Origin: a virus
Reading direction: 5' to 3' (one strand)
Length of the DNA: 64,000 bases
IMG/VR virus record: IMGVR_UViG_3300021962_008382
Coordinates: 94,916-158,915 of that record
The position numbers and the translations under genes were made by a program. Below are positions 19,966 through 30,299 of the stretch, piece by piece (position 1 is the stretch's first letter; the number at the start of each line of letters is the position of its first letter). The notes beneath the pieces are model-generated. The model was not told the origin of the DNA. It searched no databases and saw only the letters and a program-made list of their open reading frames with translations.

Positions 19966-21806
19966 GAAATAGCAGTAATGTTAATAGTTAGACCGGCAGT
20001 TCTATTAGCTGGGATACTCTTTGTACTATTATCATAAGTTACGATTTGATTACGAGTAGCGATAATATTATAACTATCTTTCTGAAGATCTACGTTAAAT
20101 CTTACATCAAATTGACCGGCTGGATAACCTATAGGTATAATATCATTTATAACAATTTCACCCAGTCTATAATTGATTGTACCTACAGCACCAAGATCTA
20201 CATCTGTAAGGAAGTTATATAATCGAAGAGTACCGGTGCCATTAAGATCTGGCGGCATTGAGTCTGGCAGGTCTCTTATAATTACCCCAACACTTTCGCC
20301 CAGATAAGATACGTAGAATAGAGTTGACGTGAGCGTACCAGGTTGTAGTTTGTTACTGAATTTAAGTTTAGAATCACTTAGGTAGGAGTTGGAAACGTTG
20401 AGAACTGGTTGTATTCTTTTTTGTAACTCTATTTGAGCAACTGCACTAATTATTGATGTATTAACAGCCAAAACTTTATTAATAAGCTGAGAATAGTAGA
20501 ACGGTGTTTCAAACTCTTGAAGTGTATTTGTAAAATAATTTATTACAGCTGTATTTACTAAGCTACTTATCTGAGCAGCTGTTGATGTTGTTCTATTCTT
20601 GTTATAAGAAACATCGACGGTCAAACCAACGTACGTGTAATCTGGATCTACAAATTCTGGAAATACTGTAAGAACTTGTCTTTCTTTTAATAAGGTATTT
20701 TTAATAGACTGCTTAGTAGCTTCATTAATTACATACCCTTCGTACGGTTTAAGAGATATAAAAACTTTGCCGTAAATAGGAGGGTCGTTATCTTCACCGC
20801 CCCAGACCGATACAGCTTCTACCTGCGGATAAGAGGCTTTAATTATCGAAGAATAGTCATTTTTAGTTACAGCTCTATCCATAGACAGATAGGCTCTTGG
20901 TGCATTAAACTTAATCGAGGTAATGCTCTCTTTAGCAGATCCGTTAGTAGAATTGCTTACAGTTGTAATAGCGATATCGTTTGATCCCCCTATCGCACCA
21001 CCTGACTGAAACGTCTGGGCAATATTACCTGATACATTAGTTTCTGCACCAACTGAAACTAGATATTTAATTGTTATAATATTACCCGCAGTTAGTTTCT
21101 TACCTATTATTCCATCACCAAAATAAATCTGATACTTACCTAATGGGTTTTCTTCTAGGAAATATACCGTTGAAGCGCTATCTACATCTACGATTGTATT
21201 TGAATTAGTATACGTGGTAGTTGTAGTATCTGAAGTAGAAGTCTGTACGGTAACTAACATTGTAGTTGTATCGACGTCAACGTTAGGTATTTCATACTTC
21301 TCGTCTGGACCCGGCGCAACGACCGTAAAGGAATACTGAAGTAACGTTCCCTGCTTAACAGTAATATTATCAAACAAATAAACCCCGTTTGATGGGGTTA
21401 TTGTATACGCTTGAGTTGTTAAGAATGTATATTGCGAGCTATTAATCGTCGTAGTAAACGGTGAGTAGATAGGTAATGTTAAAGATGTAGGTAGGTTAAC
21501 TGGATTATTAACTGTGACGTCTAGAACGGCAGTTGAGCCTACGATTGATCTAGGTGTATACCCGAGATGCTTAGCTATTGAAACAGCAGATGATCTTTTA
21601 ACAGCTGAATCTAAAAACATCTCATTAACTAACATATTAGCTAAGTATGCGTTATAATGAGTATTATAAGCAAGCAGATCGATAAGAACCGATAGACCAG
21701 ACCCTTCAAAATCGTAATCTGTAAATTCATTTTGAGCATTCAGAAATGTCTTTAAATTAGTTTTGATTGTATCAAAATCTAACTCTGTAATTCTCAGATT
21801 AGCCAT
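19962..21806 (-). CDS. gp6: Baseplate wedge subunit gp6
   Basis: LDFDTIK.NL...DYDFEGSGL..L.DLLAYNTHYNA...EMFLDSA; RAVTKNDY; WGGEDNDPP.YGKVFIS. Confidence 0.95.
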   Translation of the reverse strand: MANLRITELDFDTIKTNLKTFLNAQNEFTDYDFEGSGLSVLIDLLAYNTHYNAYLANMLVNEMFLDSAVKRSSAVSIAKHLGYTPRSIVGSTAVLDVTVNNPVNLPTSLTLPIYSPFTTTINSSQYTFLTTQAYTITPSNGVYLFDNITVKQGTLLQYSFTVVAPGPDEKYEIPNVDVDTTTMLVTVQTSTSDTTTTTYTNSNTIVDVDSASTVYFLEENPLGKYQIYFGDGIIGKKLTAGNIITIKYLVSVGAETNVSGNIAQTFQSGGAIGGSNDIAITTVSNSTNGSAKESITSIKFNAPRAYLSMDRAVTKNDYSSIIKASYPQVEAVSVWGGEDNDPPIYGKVFISLKPYEGYVINEATKQSIKNTLLKERQVLTVFPEFVDPDYTYVGLTVDVSYNKNRTTSTAAQISSLVNTAVINYFTNTLQEFETPFYYSQLINKVLAVNTSIISAVAQIELQKRIQPVLNVSNSYLSDSKLKFSNKLQPGTLTSTLFYVSYLGESVGVIIRDLPDSMPPDLNGTGTLRLYNFLTDVDLGAVGTINYRLGEIVINDIIPIGYPAGQFDVRFNVDLQKDSYNIIATRNQIVTYDNSTKSIPANRTAGLTINITAIS

Positions 21807-22199
21807 TTATCGGATTCTCGTTAATGCAGTCTTTACGGTTATCGGTCTTTCATTATTTACTGTTCGAAATACTACCTCTACCTCTATACCATTTTCATCT
21901 ACCTGCTCATCTATATTAACTTCTAGAACTATAACTCTAGGTTCGAATTTTGCAAGCACATCGAATATAGTTCTTCTCATAACAGAAACAGTAATCGGTG
22001 AGAAGTTTTCAAAGAGAAGAGAATATATTTGACAACCTATCTCTGGATGAAACGGTCTTTCATAATGCTGAGTCGATATCAAGTTTCGTACCGACTGTTT
22101 TATAGCTTCTTCATCATACTTTAAAACAACATCTCCTGTCGAAGGATGTTGTGTAAAGCTTAATCCTAAATCAGAAAATTGTCTGGATGATCTTGCCAT
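21807..22199 (-). CDS. gp25: Baseplate wedge subunit gp25
   Basis: AIKQSVRNL..T..YERPF.PE.G...FEPRV. Confidence 0.95.
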   Translation of the reverse strand: MARSSRQFSDLGLSFTQHPSTGDVVLKYDEEAIKQSVRNLISTQHYERPFHPEIGCQIYSLLFENFSPITVSVMRRTIFDVLAKFEPRVIVLEVNIDEQVDENGIEVEVVFRTVNNERPITVKTALTRIR

Positions 22200-22213
22200 A
22201 TGCTTTTCTATAG

Positions 22214-22221
22214 TATTTATG
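22214..22221 (-). promoter_or_regulatory. Late promoter variant CATAAATA
   Basis: 7/8 match upstream of gp25. Confidence 0.55.
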
Positions 22222-24451
22222 CCAGTTTGGATAGACCATCACTGTGTTTTCTATTGTTCCAGAACGTCATAACTTGCTTTCGATTGTTTTCCCCTTTATA
22301 GGAGATATGAATCCAAGGGGTATTCGAATAGCTGGTATATTCCAATATTAACTGATCGTAGTTTAATACTCGTGCTAGGCGTTTAGCTATATTAAAATAA
22401 TCAGATGGTTTATAACCTAAGAATTGAATATCTACACATGAACCGAATGGGTGTTCTGAGTTGATAGAACTTATGTCTTTAGACCGATAACCAGAAGCTA
22501 TAATAAGACTAGGGAATAAACTAGCCGCTGGTTCCAAGATATTAAGTGCTACCTGTTGCAGATTATAATAAATCTGACCAGAATTTTCTGATTGAGGTAT
22601 TCTGCTTCTAACAAGGGACGCTTTAGCAGATAACATATCAACTGTAAAGCTAGATGACAAGAAGAAGTTACCTGGTAGGGGATTTTTTGAGAGCAGGGAT
22701 TCAGATGCAGTAATCAATTTACTCTGCTGGCTTTGTATTGAGGCAGTCTCAATAACTTTAGGCTGCCTTTCAAAGTCAACTATCGAGGATAGTCCTGAGA
22801 GTACAATAAGACTCTTATGATTATCATATTCACCTTCTGCGGCTAAATCTTCCTCTAATCTTAAAGCGTAAGGATCTGCTATTGTGGGAACAACGGGATC
22901 ATCAATTTCTACCGGATCAATATCTTTTCTACCATCAAGTACACCAAACTTTGATCTTCCAGCGGTAGCTGCGATAGGGCCCTGAGGTTTTATCGAGGTA
23001 CCTACGTTTTCGTTTATTAATGGTGAATCAATATTAAATGTTTGAGCTGCTGTAAAATAAAAATTACCAGCTGTATTACCATACCTGTCGTTACCAATTT
23101 GCTCATGTAAATCAAGTACAGTACGAATGTAGTTGTACACACTATATGTGTACATATAAAAGGACTTAATGTTTAAATTCTCATCTGCGAGCATATTCAA
23201 GTCTTTATTTGAATATAAATTCAACGCAACATTAGCTTCTATATTAACATTGCTGCTAGAAATATTAAACTCTTCTGCTGCTGAAAGATTAAACTTACCC
23301 CCTGCAGCTGCTGATATATCATTATGACAAGTAATGCTTGTATTACCTTCTACTTCAATATTAGCATCGGTACCTACGTAGATATTACATCCTCCGTTAA
23401 CTGAAATATCAGCTTTACCAGAGATAGCAATCTTACCGTTGCGATCAATAATTTCATAAGAAGAACCTGTAGTGCGCTTAGTTACTGAGCCACTTGCATC
23501 AATTTCGACAAAGGTACCTGATCTATGGTAGATATGAAGTCGTTCAGAACCAGGAGTATCATCCATTTCAATAATATGACCCCTTTCAGTCTGTATTACT
23601 TTATTGAAAGGATACTCACCCACGAATGGAGAAAGAGGTTGACTCCAAGATTCTTCACCAGGTAGTTTAGCACCTTGCATTCTATTTAAATTTTTCTTTT
23701 GAACTATAGTACCTCTAATATCACCAACAGCTAGCTTATTAACATCAGTTAAGCCTTGGTATTCTTTAGTAGGATAGGTACCTGTAGGGTCCACAAAGCC
23801 TAAAGAGGTGGTTGAGACAATGTTTGTATTTTCTACGTTGTCAGTATTATACGTCTCAGATTTAGAAAGTTCATTATTTACGGTTTGATCAGAATAATTT
23901 TGTGTAGCTGTCTCTACAAGATTATCACGATCTTGCTCTGCTGCTTCTGCTGCGGATGTCTCGACCGCGTCTTTAACTTTTTTTGGTTTAAATAATCCGG
24001 ATATAGCCGAGAATAGCGAAGAGACTATAGAAGACTTAACTGAGCTACTTAAACTACCAGCAAGAGCTTCAATATTAAGTATTGAAGCTTTATCTGTAGG
24101 TAACGCGTTAATCAACTCACCTTGCAGCTTATTTGCAAATTTAGATGTGATATCATCAACTAGTTGATTTTGTATCTCGGTTTTAAGGGTATTAGTTAAT
24201 TCACTGGATGAAAAGTTACCAGCTACAATGTCTACTGGATTCGAAGTTCCTATTAGATTATTTTTTACATCATTAATTGTCTGGTTAGTAGACCTATTAA
24301 CACTCTGTACAAGTTCATTAGAAATTTCTTGCGAAACTTTGCCCGCGATATTATTAGCATTTGTATTATCAAGACCTGTTGCATCTATAATCGCTTGTGA
24401 TGCAGATGTCTTAAGCTCTTCGTTTACTTGTGATTGTATATTAGTCGTCAT
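22217..24451 (-). CDS. gp5: gp5 C-terminal part (beta-helix spike) fused to a peptidase M15-like domain
   Basis: YPFNKVIQTERGHIIEMDDTPGSERLHIYHRSGTF and beta-helix repeats; C-terminal SGYR...SEH..G..VDI...DQLILEY...WIHISY. Confidence 0.85.
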   Translation of the reverse strand: MTTNIQSQVNEELKTSASQAIIDATGLDNTNANNIAGKVSQEISNELVQSVNRSTNQTINDVKNNLIGTSNPVDIVAGNFSSSELTNTLKTEIQNQLVDDITSKFANKLQGELINALPTDKASILNIEALAGSLSSSVKSSIVSSLFSAISGLFKPKKVKDAVETSAAEAAEQDRDNLVETATQNYSDQTVNNELSKSETYNTDNVENTNIVSTTSLGFVDPTGTYPTKEYQGLTDVNKLAVGDIRGTIVQKKNLNRMQGAKLPGEESWSQPLSPFVGEYPFNKVIQTERGHIIEMDDTPGSERLHIYHRSGTFVEIDASGSVTKRTTGSSYEIIDRNGKIAISGKADISVNGGCNIYVGTDANIEVEGNTSITCHNDISAAAGGKFNLSAAEEFNISSSNVNIEANVALNLYSNKDLNMLADENLNIKSFYMYTYSVYNYIRTVLDLHEQIGNDRYGNTAGNFYFTAAQTFNIDSPLINENVGTSIKPQGPIAATAGRSKFGVLDGRKDIDPVEIDDPVVPTIADPYALRLEEDLAAEGEYDNHKSLIVLSGLSSIVDFERQPKVIETASIQSQQSKLITASESLLSKNPLPGNFFLSSSFTVDMLSAKASLVRSRIPQSENSGQIYYNLQQVALNILEPAASLFPSLIIASGYRSKDISSINSEHPFGSCVDIQFLGYKPSDYFNIAKRLARVLNYDQLILEYTSYSNTPWIHISYKGENNRKQVMTFWNNRKHSDGLSKLA

Positions 24452-24452
24452 G

Positions 24453-25562
24453 TTACGCTGTTGTTACCAAGTTTAATAGACTGCTTTCTTCAGAACTAAA
24501 TCGATTTTTAACACTATTTCTTAAATCAGCGGAACTAGACGCAAAGTGCGTAGATACTGACGACACTTTATATGCACTTACCAATCTAATTATATCTGAA
24601 TCTGAAAGATTTGTTTTATTTTTAAGCGGATTTAAAAAAATACTTACAGCGCTAGAACCGGGACCATACTGAACTGCAGTCGACCAGATCAGATCTTGTA
24701 CGCCGGGACCACGCCTAGAAAGATCACAACCCTGTCTTTGTAAATTAGAAAGCAGAACTGAATAGTAAGTTTCTTTTATAAAGTTATACTGTTCAGTTTC
24801 AAACTGTGTACCATATTCAGCTGCAATTTCTCTCCACTTAGCATCGAATGCCGGGGTACCAGGGGCAAGAGATTTAAATTTATCTTTAAATGAACTCCAA
24901 TTAAGAAATTGAACAACAGGCGGGAAGTGAGCTGTTCTTCTTGATTTTCCGCTTTTCATTATAGCGGGTTGATACGAAACCAGCTGATATGTACCATATG
25001 ATGCACCGCCTGGGTCATTTCCTGCACCTCCTCTATAATCATTAATAGCAGAAGGACCTCTATTACCCGACTCATATTGCTTAGAAGTTTGACCAAGTAC
25101 CCATCCGTCTACCGGTGTAGTAGCTGCAGGCACAGGTACATCATCTTCATCCGTTACTGCTTCATTGGTGTTCTCATCGATAAGTACCCCTGTATCAGCA
25201 TTACTGACCTGCTGACGTGATGCTGGGGCTGGGAATGCGACCGCTGTACCAGGTATCTTAGAAGCAATTGTACCAAACATTGCTGGTTGCTGACCATCGG
25301 CACCGTCGAGAAAGAAGCCGACAACCCAGGTACCTTCTACAGGACCAAGAGGAGAAATACCTATACCTGAAATAGCAGCAGACGTTATTGGTTGGATAGG
25401 TATACACCAGGGGAGGTCGTATGTAGGTAGTAAGGTCTTATTCTCGGTATGGTAACCGAATATTCTTACCTTACAGCGACCTAATTTTTCCGGGTCGTAT
25501 CTGTCCTCTACGACCCCAACCCACCACACAAAACCGTCTTTATTAAAAATATTTTGTATCAT
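24453..25562 (-). CDS. gp5: gp5 N-terminal OB-fold fused to a lysozyme-like (VgrG3-C-like) domain
   Basis: WWVGVVEDR.DP..LGRCKVRIFG.H...WVVGFFLDG..GQQP; YESG...DPGGASYGTYQL...WSTAVQYG...NRF..E. Confidence 0.85.
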   Translation of the reverse strand: MIQNIFNKDGFVWWVGVVEDRYDPEKLGRCKVRIFGYHTENKTLLPTYDLPWCIPIQPITSAAISGIGISPLGPVEGTWVVGFFLDGADGQQPAMFGTIASKIPGTAVAFPAPASRQQVSNADTGVLIDENTNEAVTDEDDVPVPAATTPVDGWVLGQTSKQYESGNRGPSAINDYRGGAGNDPGGASYGTYQLVSYQPAIMKSGKSRRTAHFPPVVQFLNWSSFKDKFKSLAPGTPAFDAKWREIAAEYGTQFETEQYNFIKETYYSVLLSNLQRQGCDLSRRGPGVQDLIWSTAVQYGPGSSAVSIFLNPLKNKTNLSDSDIIRLVSAYKVSSVSTHFASSSADLRNSVKNRFSSEESSLLNLVTTA

Positions 25563-26899
25563 AATACACCTAAGGAATCTTTAACAATTTCCATTGTCAT
25601 ATAATGAGATTTTAAAGTGACGGTATGGTGTATAGCAGTAATAAGATAGTATCCAGAATAAATTACATCCTCTGTAACCCCGTTATTAGTTCTATCGCCT
25701 CCACCGAGAACCGGGTAAGAAAGATACAACGATGTACCTACCTCAACGTCAGTTCGACCCGGTACTACCAAATTTGCTTTTATATTATCTATATCTAATA
25801 AACTAGATCTTCTATTACCATGAATAGCGGTAATAACATCACTAAAATTTTCTGTTGTATTATCGTATAGGCGAGGATTAACTGGGTAAAAAGATGTTTT
25901 AGCAGCAGGGTTTCTCATTATATTTGAAGAGAACACCGGTATACTCTTATTGTTCTCCCCTGTAGTATGGAACTGTTTTTTATATTCTGAAACGTAATCA
26001 TAGTCTGTTACAGTATATTTTTTATTATGAAAATCAAGGGTTATAAGTCTATTTGCTAGATACCCATTACTTATGTTCTTAACATTATCTACGTTTTCTA
26101 TTATTTTAAAATTTTTGGCAAGAAAATATTCTCGGTTAATACTAGAGGCATCAGGATTAGACGAATCTACCGCTATATTAGATGCACCAACAGTATACTT
26201 ACCTATGGAAAGTTGTTTTATATTTTTAAGCAAAGCTTCTACACAGGCAAAACAAAATCTTTGGCTGGTTTCGAAAAATAAAAAACTCTTAGCAACATAA
26301 TCTTTAGGTATAGCTTTTGTAGCAAGCCAGTTTATGCATTTCGAAGGAAGCCACCCAGGAGAAACAAATTTTACTTTATTAGAGGTCTCCCCAATAAATG
26401 ATATAGTTGATTTATTTGTTCCTGTTAAGTAAGAACCTTCTTCCGCAGTATATTCTCTTTCTGTTGAAATAAAATTATTAAAAATATTAGTTACTATATT
26501 TTTAATATCCCCCTCAAAAGGAAGAAAAAGAGGTAGGGTAATGTCGTATATAAATTCCAGAGATGTAAAATGCATTACAAAAATTTGAGTACTAGTATCT
26601 AAAGCTATAGATCGATCGCTTATTCGGTATACTCTAAATGCTTTAGATATACTGGTTGGAAAAGAAGGGGTCTTAAATTTAACGAGTAATATCTCTTCAC
26701 CTTTTAGATTAAGAAGTTCTACAAGATTCCTACTATCTGTAAGGGCTATATTACCCGTGATGAAATTAGAAAAAATATCCTCATATAAATTTAATTCAAC
26801 AAGAAAGTCTTTTAGACTTATTAAACCACCACTACTGCTTATAACAGCAATATCTTCAATTAGCACCGCACCAGCGTGTGTGATAAATTCGTTAGACAT
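25559..26899 (-). CDS. Baseplate hub/tail protein (gp27-like)
   Basis: LYEDIFS..ITG...DS; FLFFET; VPG...VG; SGYYLITAI.H; located between gp53 and gp5. Confidence 0.7.
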   Translation of the reverse strand: MSNEFITHAGAVLIEDIAVISSSGGLISLKDFLVELNLYEDIFSNFITGNIALTDSRNLVELLNLKGEEILLVKFKTPSFPTSISKAFRVYRISDRSIALDTSTQIFVMHFTSLEFIYDITLPLFLPFEGDIKNIVTNIFNNFISTEREYTAEEGSYLTGTNKSTISFIGETSNKVKFVSPGWLPSKCINWLATKAIPKDYVAKSFLFFETSQRFCFACVEALLKNIKQLSIGKYTVGASNIAVDSSNPDASSINREYFLAKNFKIIENVDNVKNISNGYLANRLITLDFHNKKYTVTDYDYVSEYKKQFHTTGENNKSIPVFSSNIMRNPAAKTSFYPVNPRLYDNTTENFSDVITAIHGNRRSSLLDIDNIKANLVVPGRTDVEVGTSLYLSYPVLGGGDRTNNGVTEDVIYSGYYLITAIHHTVTLKSHYMTMEIVKDSLGVL

Positions 26900-27387
26900 T
26901 ATAGTTTAATCTTTCTATTAAACTCGTTAACTATAGCTGCTACGAATAACGGCTTAATAACTTTAATTCTTCTTTTAGTTTCATTAAGATCTTCTTCGTA
27001 CTGGTAGTTTGAGACTGGCGTTGCGCCCGAGGCAGATGAATTTACAATATAGCCGTCTGTATCTACGTAGTGATGTGTGCCAGCTGGGTTATTGTATTTA
27101 GAACTTACATAGTCGCTAAGCTGTTTATTAGAAAGCACCCATTCAAATCTTGGATCTAAAATATCATTAGTGTGAAGTATTAACCAATGATACTCTGTAG
27201 TTCCGTAGAGATTAAAGGAAACTATTTCTGGGGTTTCACCTTCCTTAATATCATACTCATCGTAGATTGCTAGTTTATTTTTTATATCTTCCGAAAAAGA
27301 TATTCTTAGAAAAATATTGCGAACATACTGAGCTGACGCTTTATCATCAAGTGTGTATAAAGTAACAGGAAATTGAGAAAAATACAT
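26899..27387 (-). CDS. gp53: Baseplate wedge subunit gp53
   Basis: MYFSQFP; YDIKEGETPE.VS..LYG...YHW.IL..N; YE..LNE.KR.IK. Confidence 0.9.
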   Translation of the reverse strand: MYFSQFPVTLYTLDDKASAQYVRNIFLRISFSEDIKNKLAIYDEYDIKEGETPEIVSFNLYGTTEYHWLILHTNDILDPRFEWVLSNKQLSDYVSSKYNNPAGTHHYVDTDGYIVNSSASGATPVSNYQYEEDLNETKRRIKVIKPLFVAAIVNEFNRKIKL

Positions 27388-27389
27388 TT

Positions 27390-28019
27390 TTATTTTCCTC
27401 TAAACAAGGTATCAATAATCGGTATACCTGGTGTGGTAAGGATTCTAGAAATAGCTGTTATAGCTTTGGCTGTAGAAGAATTATATCCTTTACTGGTATC
27501 TACCCAATATTTAAAGCTAAAATTAACATTAAGTCTGTGTGTCTGGTTACTCGATAAGTTACTAACATCCATCTGACCAACTAAAACTGGAAACGCTTCT
27601 ATGAATTCAATTTCATACGTTACATTATCTTTTTCGTCAAGCTGTCGTAAAAAAATACTAGACGCATAATCTCTCTGATAATTAACGGTAAAATTAGTAG
27701 GGGAAATAACTGTATGTACCCAGTTGTCAAAATACTCTTTAACCTTCATATCTCTATCAACATGAAATACGAATTGTACTGCACTGCTATATTCAGATGT
27801 GATCGGCCTTATTCTAGGAGGACCGAAAATTTTTTGTGTACGAGTAGGTACAGATAAAGCAGGAAACTGTGCTTGCTCACACATTAAACTTACAAAATTA
27901 GGCTTAGCCTTGCTACCAGGCTTAGATGGTAATATTACCTCAAAGCGATTAGTTCTAGCTAAGCTGTCATTCCGTACAGCAGATACGAAATCACTTAAAG
28001 AAAAATTAGATTTAGCCAT
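27390..28019 (-). CDS. gp54: Tail tube initiator gp54-like (gp19 family)
   Basis: LARTNRFEV; CEQAQFP; FDNW; EAFP; VNFSFKYW. Confidence 0.7.
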   Translation of the reverse strand: MAKSNFSLSDFVSAVRNDSLARTNRFEVILPSKPGSKAKPNFVSLMCEQAQFPALSVPTRTQKIFGPPRIRPITSEYSSAVQFVFHVDRDMKVKEYFDNWVHTVISPTNFTVNYQRDYASSIFLRQLDEKDNVTYEIEFIEAFPVLVGQMDVSNLSSNQTHRLNVNFSFKYWVDTSKGYNSSTAKAITAISRILTTPGIPIIDTLFRGK

Positions 28020-28021
28020 TC

Positions 28022-28585
28022 TTATCTCTTATTAGTCTGCTTCCAGACATCCTGTTTTGTTTTACCGATAAATTTTTCAACTGGGAGCATTGCAGCAGTT
28101 GTCCAATCCGGGTACTTTATATTTAAAAATTTTGTTTCAAGCTGACTATAAAGATAATGTTTTACCGTTTTCTGCACTGGGGCTACTCTAGTCATGTTTT
28201 GCAGTAGATTCCAGCTTAGTTTCAATCTTGTTTTCTCACTAATCTTTTCAGATGTAGTATATTCTTGTAATGCACCGAGTAATTTAAATCTAAGCAAATA
28301 TGGTAAATAGTGTAAATTAATACCATAGAAGCCGTCCGATACTTTTCTAAATGGTAAGACTAGCGGAAATCTATCGTATACAGGTAGAGTTTCTTTATGT
28401 TTAGGATCATAAAGAAACATATACATCATACCAGGTAATATAACTGTAGTTAAATCTGGTGTGTTTCTCATTAACTGAGTGGAACTTAATGCACGTAGAT
28501 TACTAACTTGTTGTCTGTACCAGTTAAATGATTTCTCAGTATCCCCGGCTTTGACTCTTATATTTTGAAATAGATTTTCTGCCAT
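28022..28585 (-). CDS. gp2: DNA end protector protein gp2
   Basis: GMMYMFLYDPKHK.TLP.YDRFPLV...GINLHYLP. Confidence 0.92.
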   Translation of the reverse strand: MAENLFQNIRVKAGDTEKSFNWYRQQVSNLRALSSTQLMRNTPDLTTVILPGMMYMFLYDPKHKETLPVYDRFPLVLPFRKVSDGFYGINLHYLPYLLRFKLLGALQEYTTSEKISEKTRLKLSWNLLQNMTRVAPVQKTVKHYLYSQLETKFLNIKYPDWTTAAMLPVEKFIGKTKQDVWKQTNKR

Positions 28586-28590
28586 AGGAA

Positions 28591-28598
28591 TATTTATT
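28591..28598 (-). promoter_or_regulatory. Late promoter variant AATAAATA
   Basis: 5 nt upstream of the gp2 ATG. Confidence 0.55.
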
Positions 28599-29046
28599 AC
28601 AGGGGTACACCCAGATCTTTTTCGGTTAGTACTAAAAACTTCAGATTATTCTTATTACAGTAGCTATCAGCTGCTTTCCATTTAGCCTGATTTGTACCAT
28701 ATTGAAACACTTCTTCTATAAACTTACGCGTCTTACGTTTAGGTATCTCTGGCGGCTTTGTAAACTTCTCAGGCTTAATTTCTATAAGATACTTCTGAAC
28801 ACTTCCGTTCTTATCTTTAATCTTTACATAGAAGTCTACAAAATAACGATGTACTTTGTTGTCAACTGGTGATTTATAAGGTATTACAGCAATCTCTGAG
28901 CCCCATTCTAAAACGGATTCGTTTTGATCGCACCATTTCATAAACTGAAGTTCCCAGGATGATCTATAAACTACATCTCCAGAATCACCTTTATACTTGG
29001 TAGTATTTTTAACTTTATACCGACCTTTATAAACACTGTTGTACAT
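28597..29046 (-). CDS. gp4: Head completion nuclease gp4 (TnsA-like)
   Basis: KYKGD...YRSSWE..FM.WCD...WGSE...HRYFVDF...EIKP...NQAKW.AA...LTEKDL. Confidence 0.95.
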   Translation of the reverse strand: MYNSVYKGRYKVKNTTKYKGDSGDVVYRSSWELQFMKWCDQNESVLEWGSEIAVIPYKSPVDNKVHRYFVDFYVKIKDKNGSVQKYLIEIKPEKFTKPPEIPKRKTRKFIEEVFQYGTNQAKWKAADSYCNKNNLKFLVLTEKDLGVPL

Positions 29047-29047
29047 G

Positions 29048-29055
29048 GATAAATA
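29048..29055 (+). promoter_or_regulatory. Late promoter variant GATAAATA for the gp48 operon
   Basis: 7/8 match in the divergent gp4/gp48 gap. Confidence 0.65.
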
Positions 29056-29073
29056 TTACATAACCTTTAACAG

Positions 29074-29081
29074 TATTTATC
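29074..29081 (-). promoter_or_regulatory. Late promoter variant GATAAATA for the gp4 operon
   Basis: 7/8 match facing the + strand promoter. Confidence 0.65.
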
Positions 29082-29083
29082 CT

Positions 29084-30280
29084 ATGTCTTACCTAAAAGA
29101 TCAACTTAAAAGACGCTTTAAAGAAACTTTAAGTAATGTTGTTGAAGATACTATTGGTTCTGCAATACGTAAGATCTTTAATATTGGTTTGTACACTTAC
29201 CCGGCTGATCTTACAAGTCAGGACTCACTACACTATGTCGAATTTACTATTGTTGAGCGGGGTAAGTCTATTAGAGCGTCTCCAAATAGATCTAAGATAA
29301 AAGAAGGAGATGCTCCAAGCCAAGGAGCTGTTGATAATCCTACTGAAGAAGAGTTAGCTAACGTAGCTACAACAACAGCAGCAGTAGCAGGGGGTATCGG
29401 TCTAAGCCGGTTAGTCTCAAGCACCGGTGCAGGCGGTCAGTTTGTCGCTGGCGTCGTGGGTGCGGTAGCCGTAGATTTTTTAATCGAAGATTTTAGTTTA
29501 ATTGAACCTGACACCAAATACATACTTACAGATGTAATAACGTTACATGTTGATGGACCTCCTTCAGTTAAATACAATGTTAATTATTCTAATAAAGATA
29601 TCGGAATGTTAGCGGGTCTAGTCGGTCCAGGTAGTGCAATAGTAGATGCTATTAGTAGTAGAAATATGGATAATTTTAAATCGGCTGTAACCGGAGCTGG
29701 AGCAGCAGTCGGTACCGCTGTACTTTCAAAACTTGTAAGTATACCTTCTTTTTTAGGTATCGGGGATATAGGGGCTGCATTAAGCGCTGGTACCGGTCGT
29801 ACTTTAAACCCTTTTAGAGAAGTTATTTTTGAATCAATGGATCCTAGATCCTTCACTTTTAAGTATAAATTCTTACCTAAGAGTAAAACTGAAACGAACA
29901 TGGTTCGTGATATTATTAATTTGTTTAAATATCACATGCATCCAAATATAACTAATGACAAGCTTTTCTTTATTTACCCTTCAGAGTTTGATATTAAATA
30001 CTATTTTAGAGGTCGTGAAAACGAATACATACACAAATTTGCACGTTGCGTATTAACATCGATGGATGTTACATATGGTGGGGATCAATTTTCTTCTTTC
30101 AACGATGGCTCGCCCACCGAAGTAAACGTGTCGCTCAGCTTCCAGGAAGTTGATATCCTCACTAAGAAATCCCCACAAATTGACATTGGAGGCAGATTCC
30201 TTGAAGAAGCAGCAGATACCGGTGCGAGATCATATCCAGCAGATTTTGGACCGCCTCTTGTCAGAAGACCATTACCATAA
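29084..30280 (+). CDS. gp48: Baseplate tail tube cap gp48
   Basis: YPADL; NPFREVIF...RSFTF.YKF.PKS..E...II..FKYHMHP; YPSEF; CVLTSM.V.Y; LSFQE. Start moved to ATG 29084, downstream of the late promoter. Confidence 0.88.
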   Translation: MSYLKDQLKRRFKETLSNVVEDTIGSAIRKIFNIGLYTYPADLTSQDSLHYVEFTIVERGKSIRASPNRSKIKEGDAPSQGAVDNPTEEELANVATTTAAVAGGIGLSRLVSSTGAGGQFVAGVVGAVAVDFLIEDFSLIEPDTKYILTDVITLHVDGPPSVKYNVNYSNKDIGMLAGLVGPGSAIVDAISSRNMDNFKSAVTGAGAAVGTAVLSKLVSIPSFLGIGDIGAALSAGTGRTLNPFREVIFESMDPRSFTFKYKFLPKSKTETNMVRDIINLFKYHMHPNITNDKLFFIYPSEFDIKYYFRGRENEYIHKFARCVLTSMDVTYGGDQFSSFNDGSPTEVNVSLSFQEVDILTKKSPQIDIGGRFLEEAADTGARSYPADFGPPLVRRPLP

Positions 30281-30299
30281 TATATTGAGAAAATAACAT

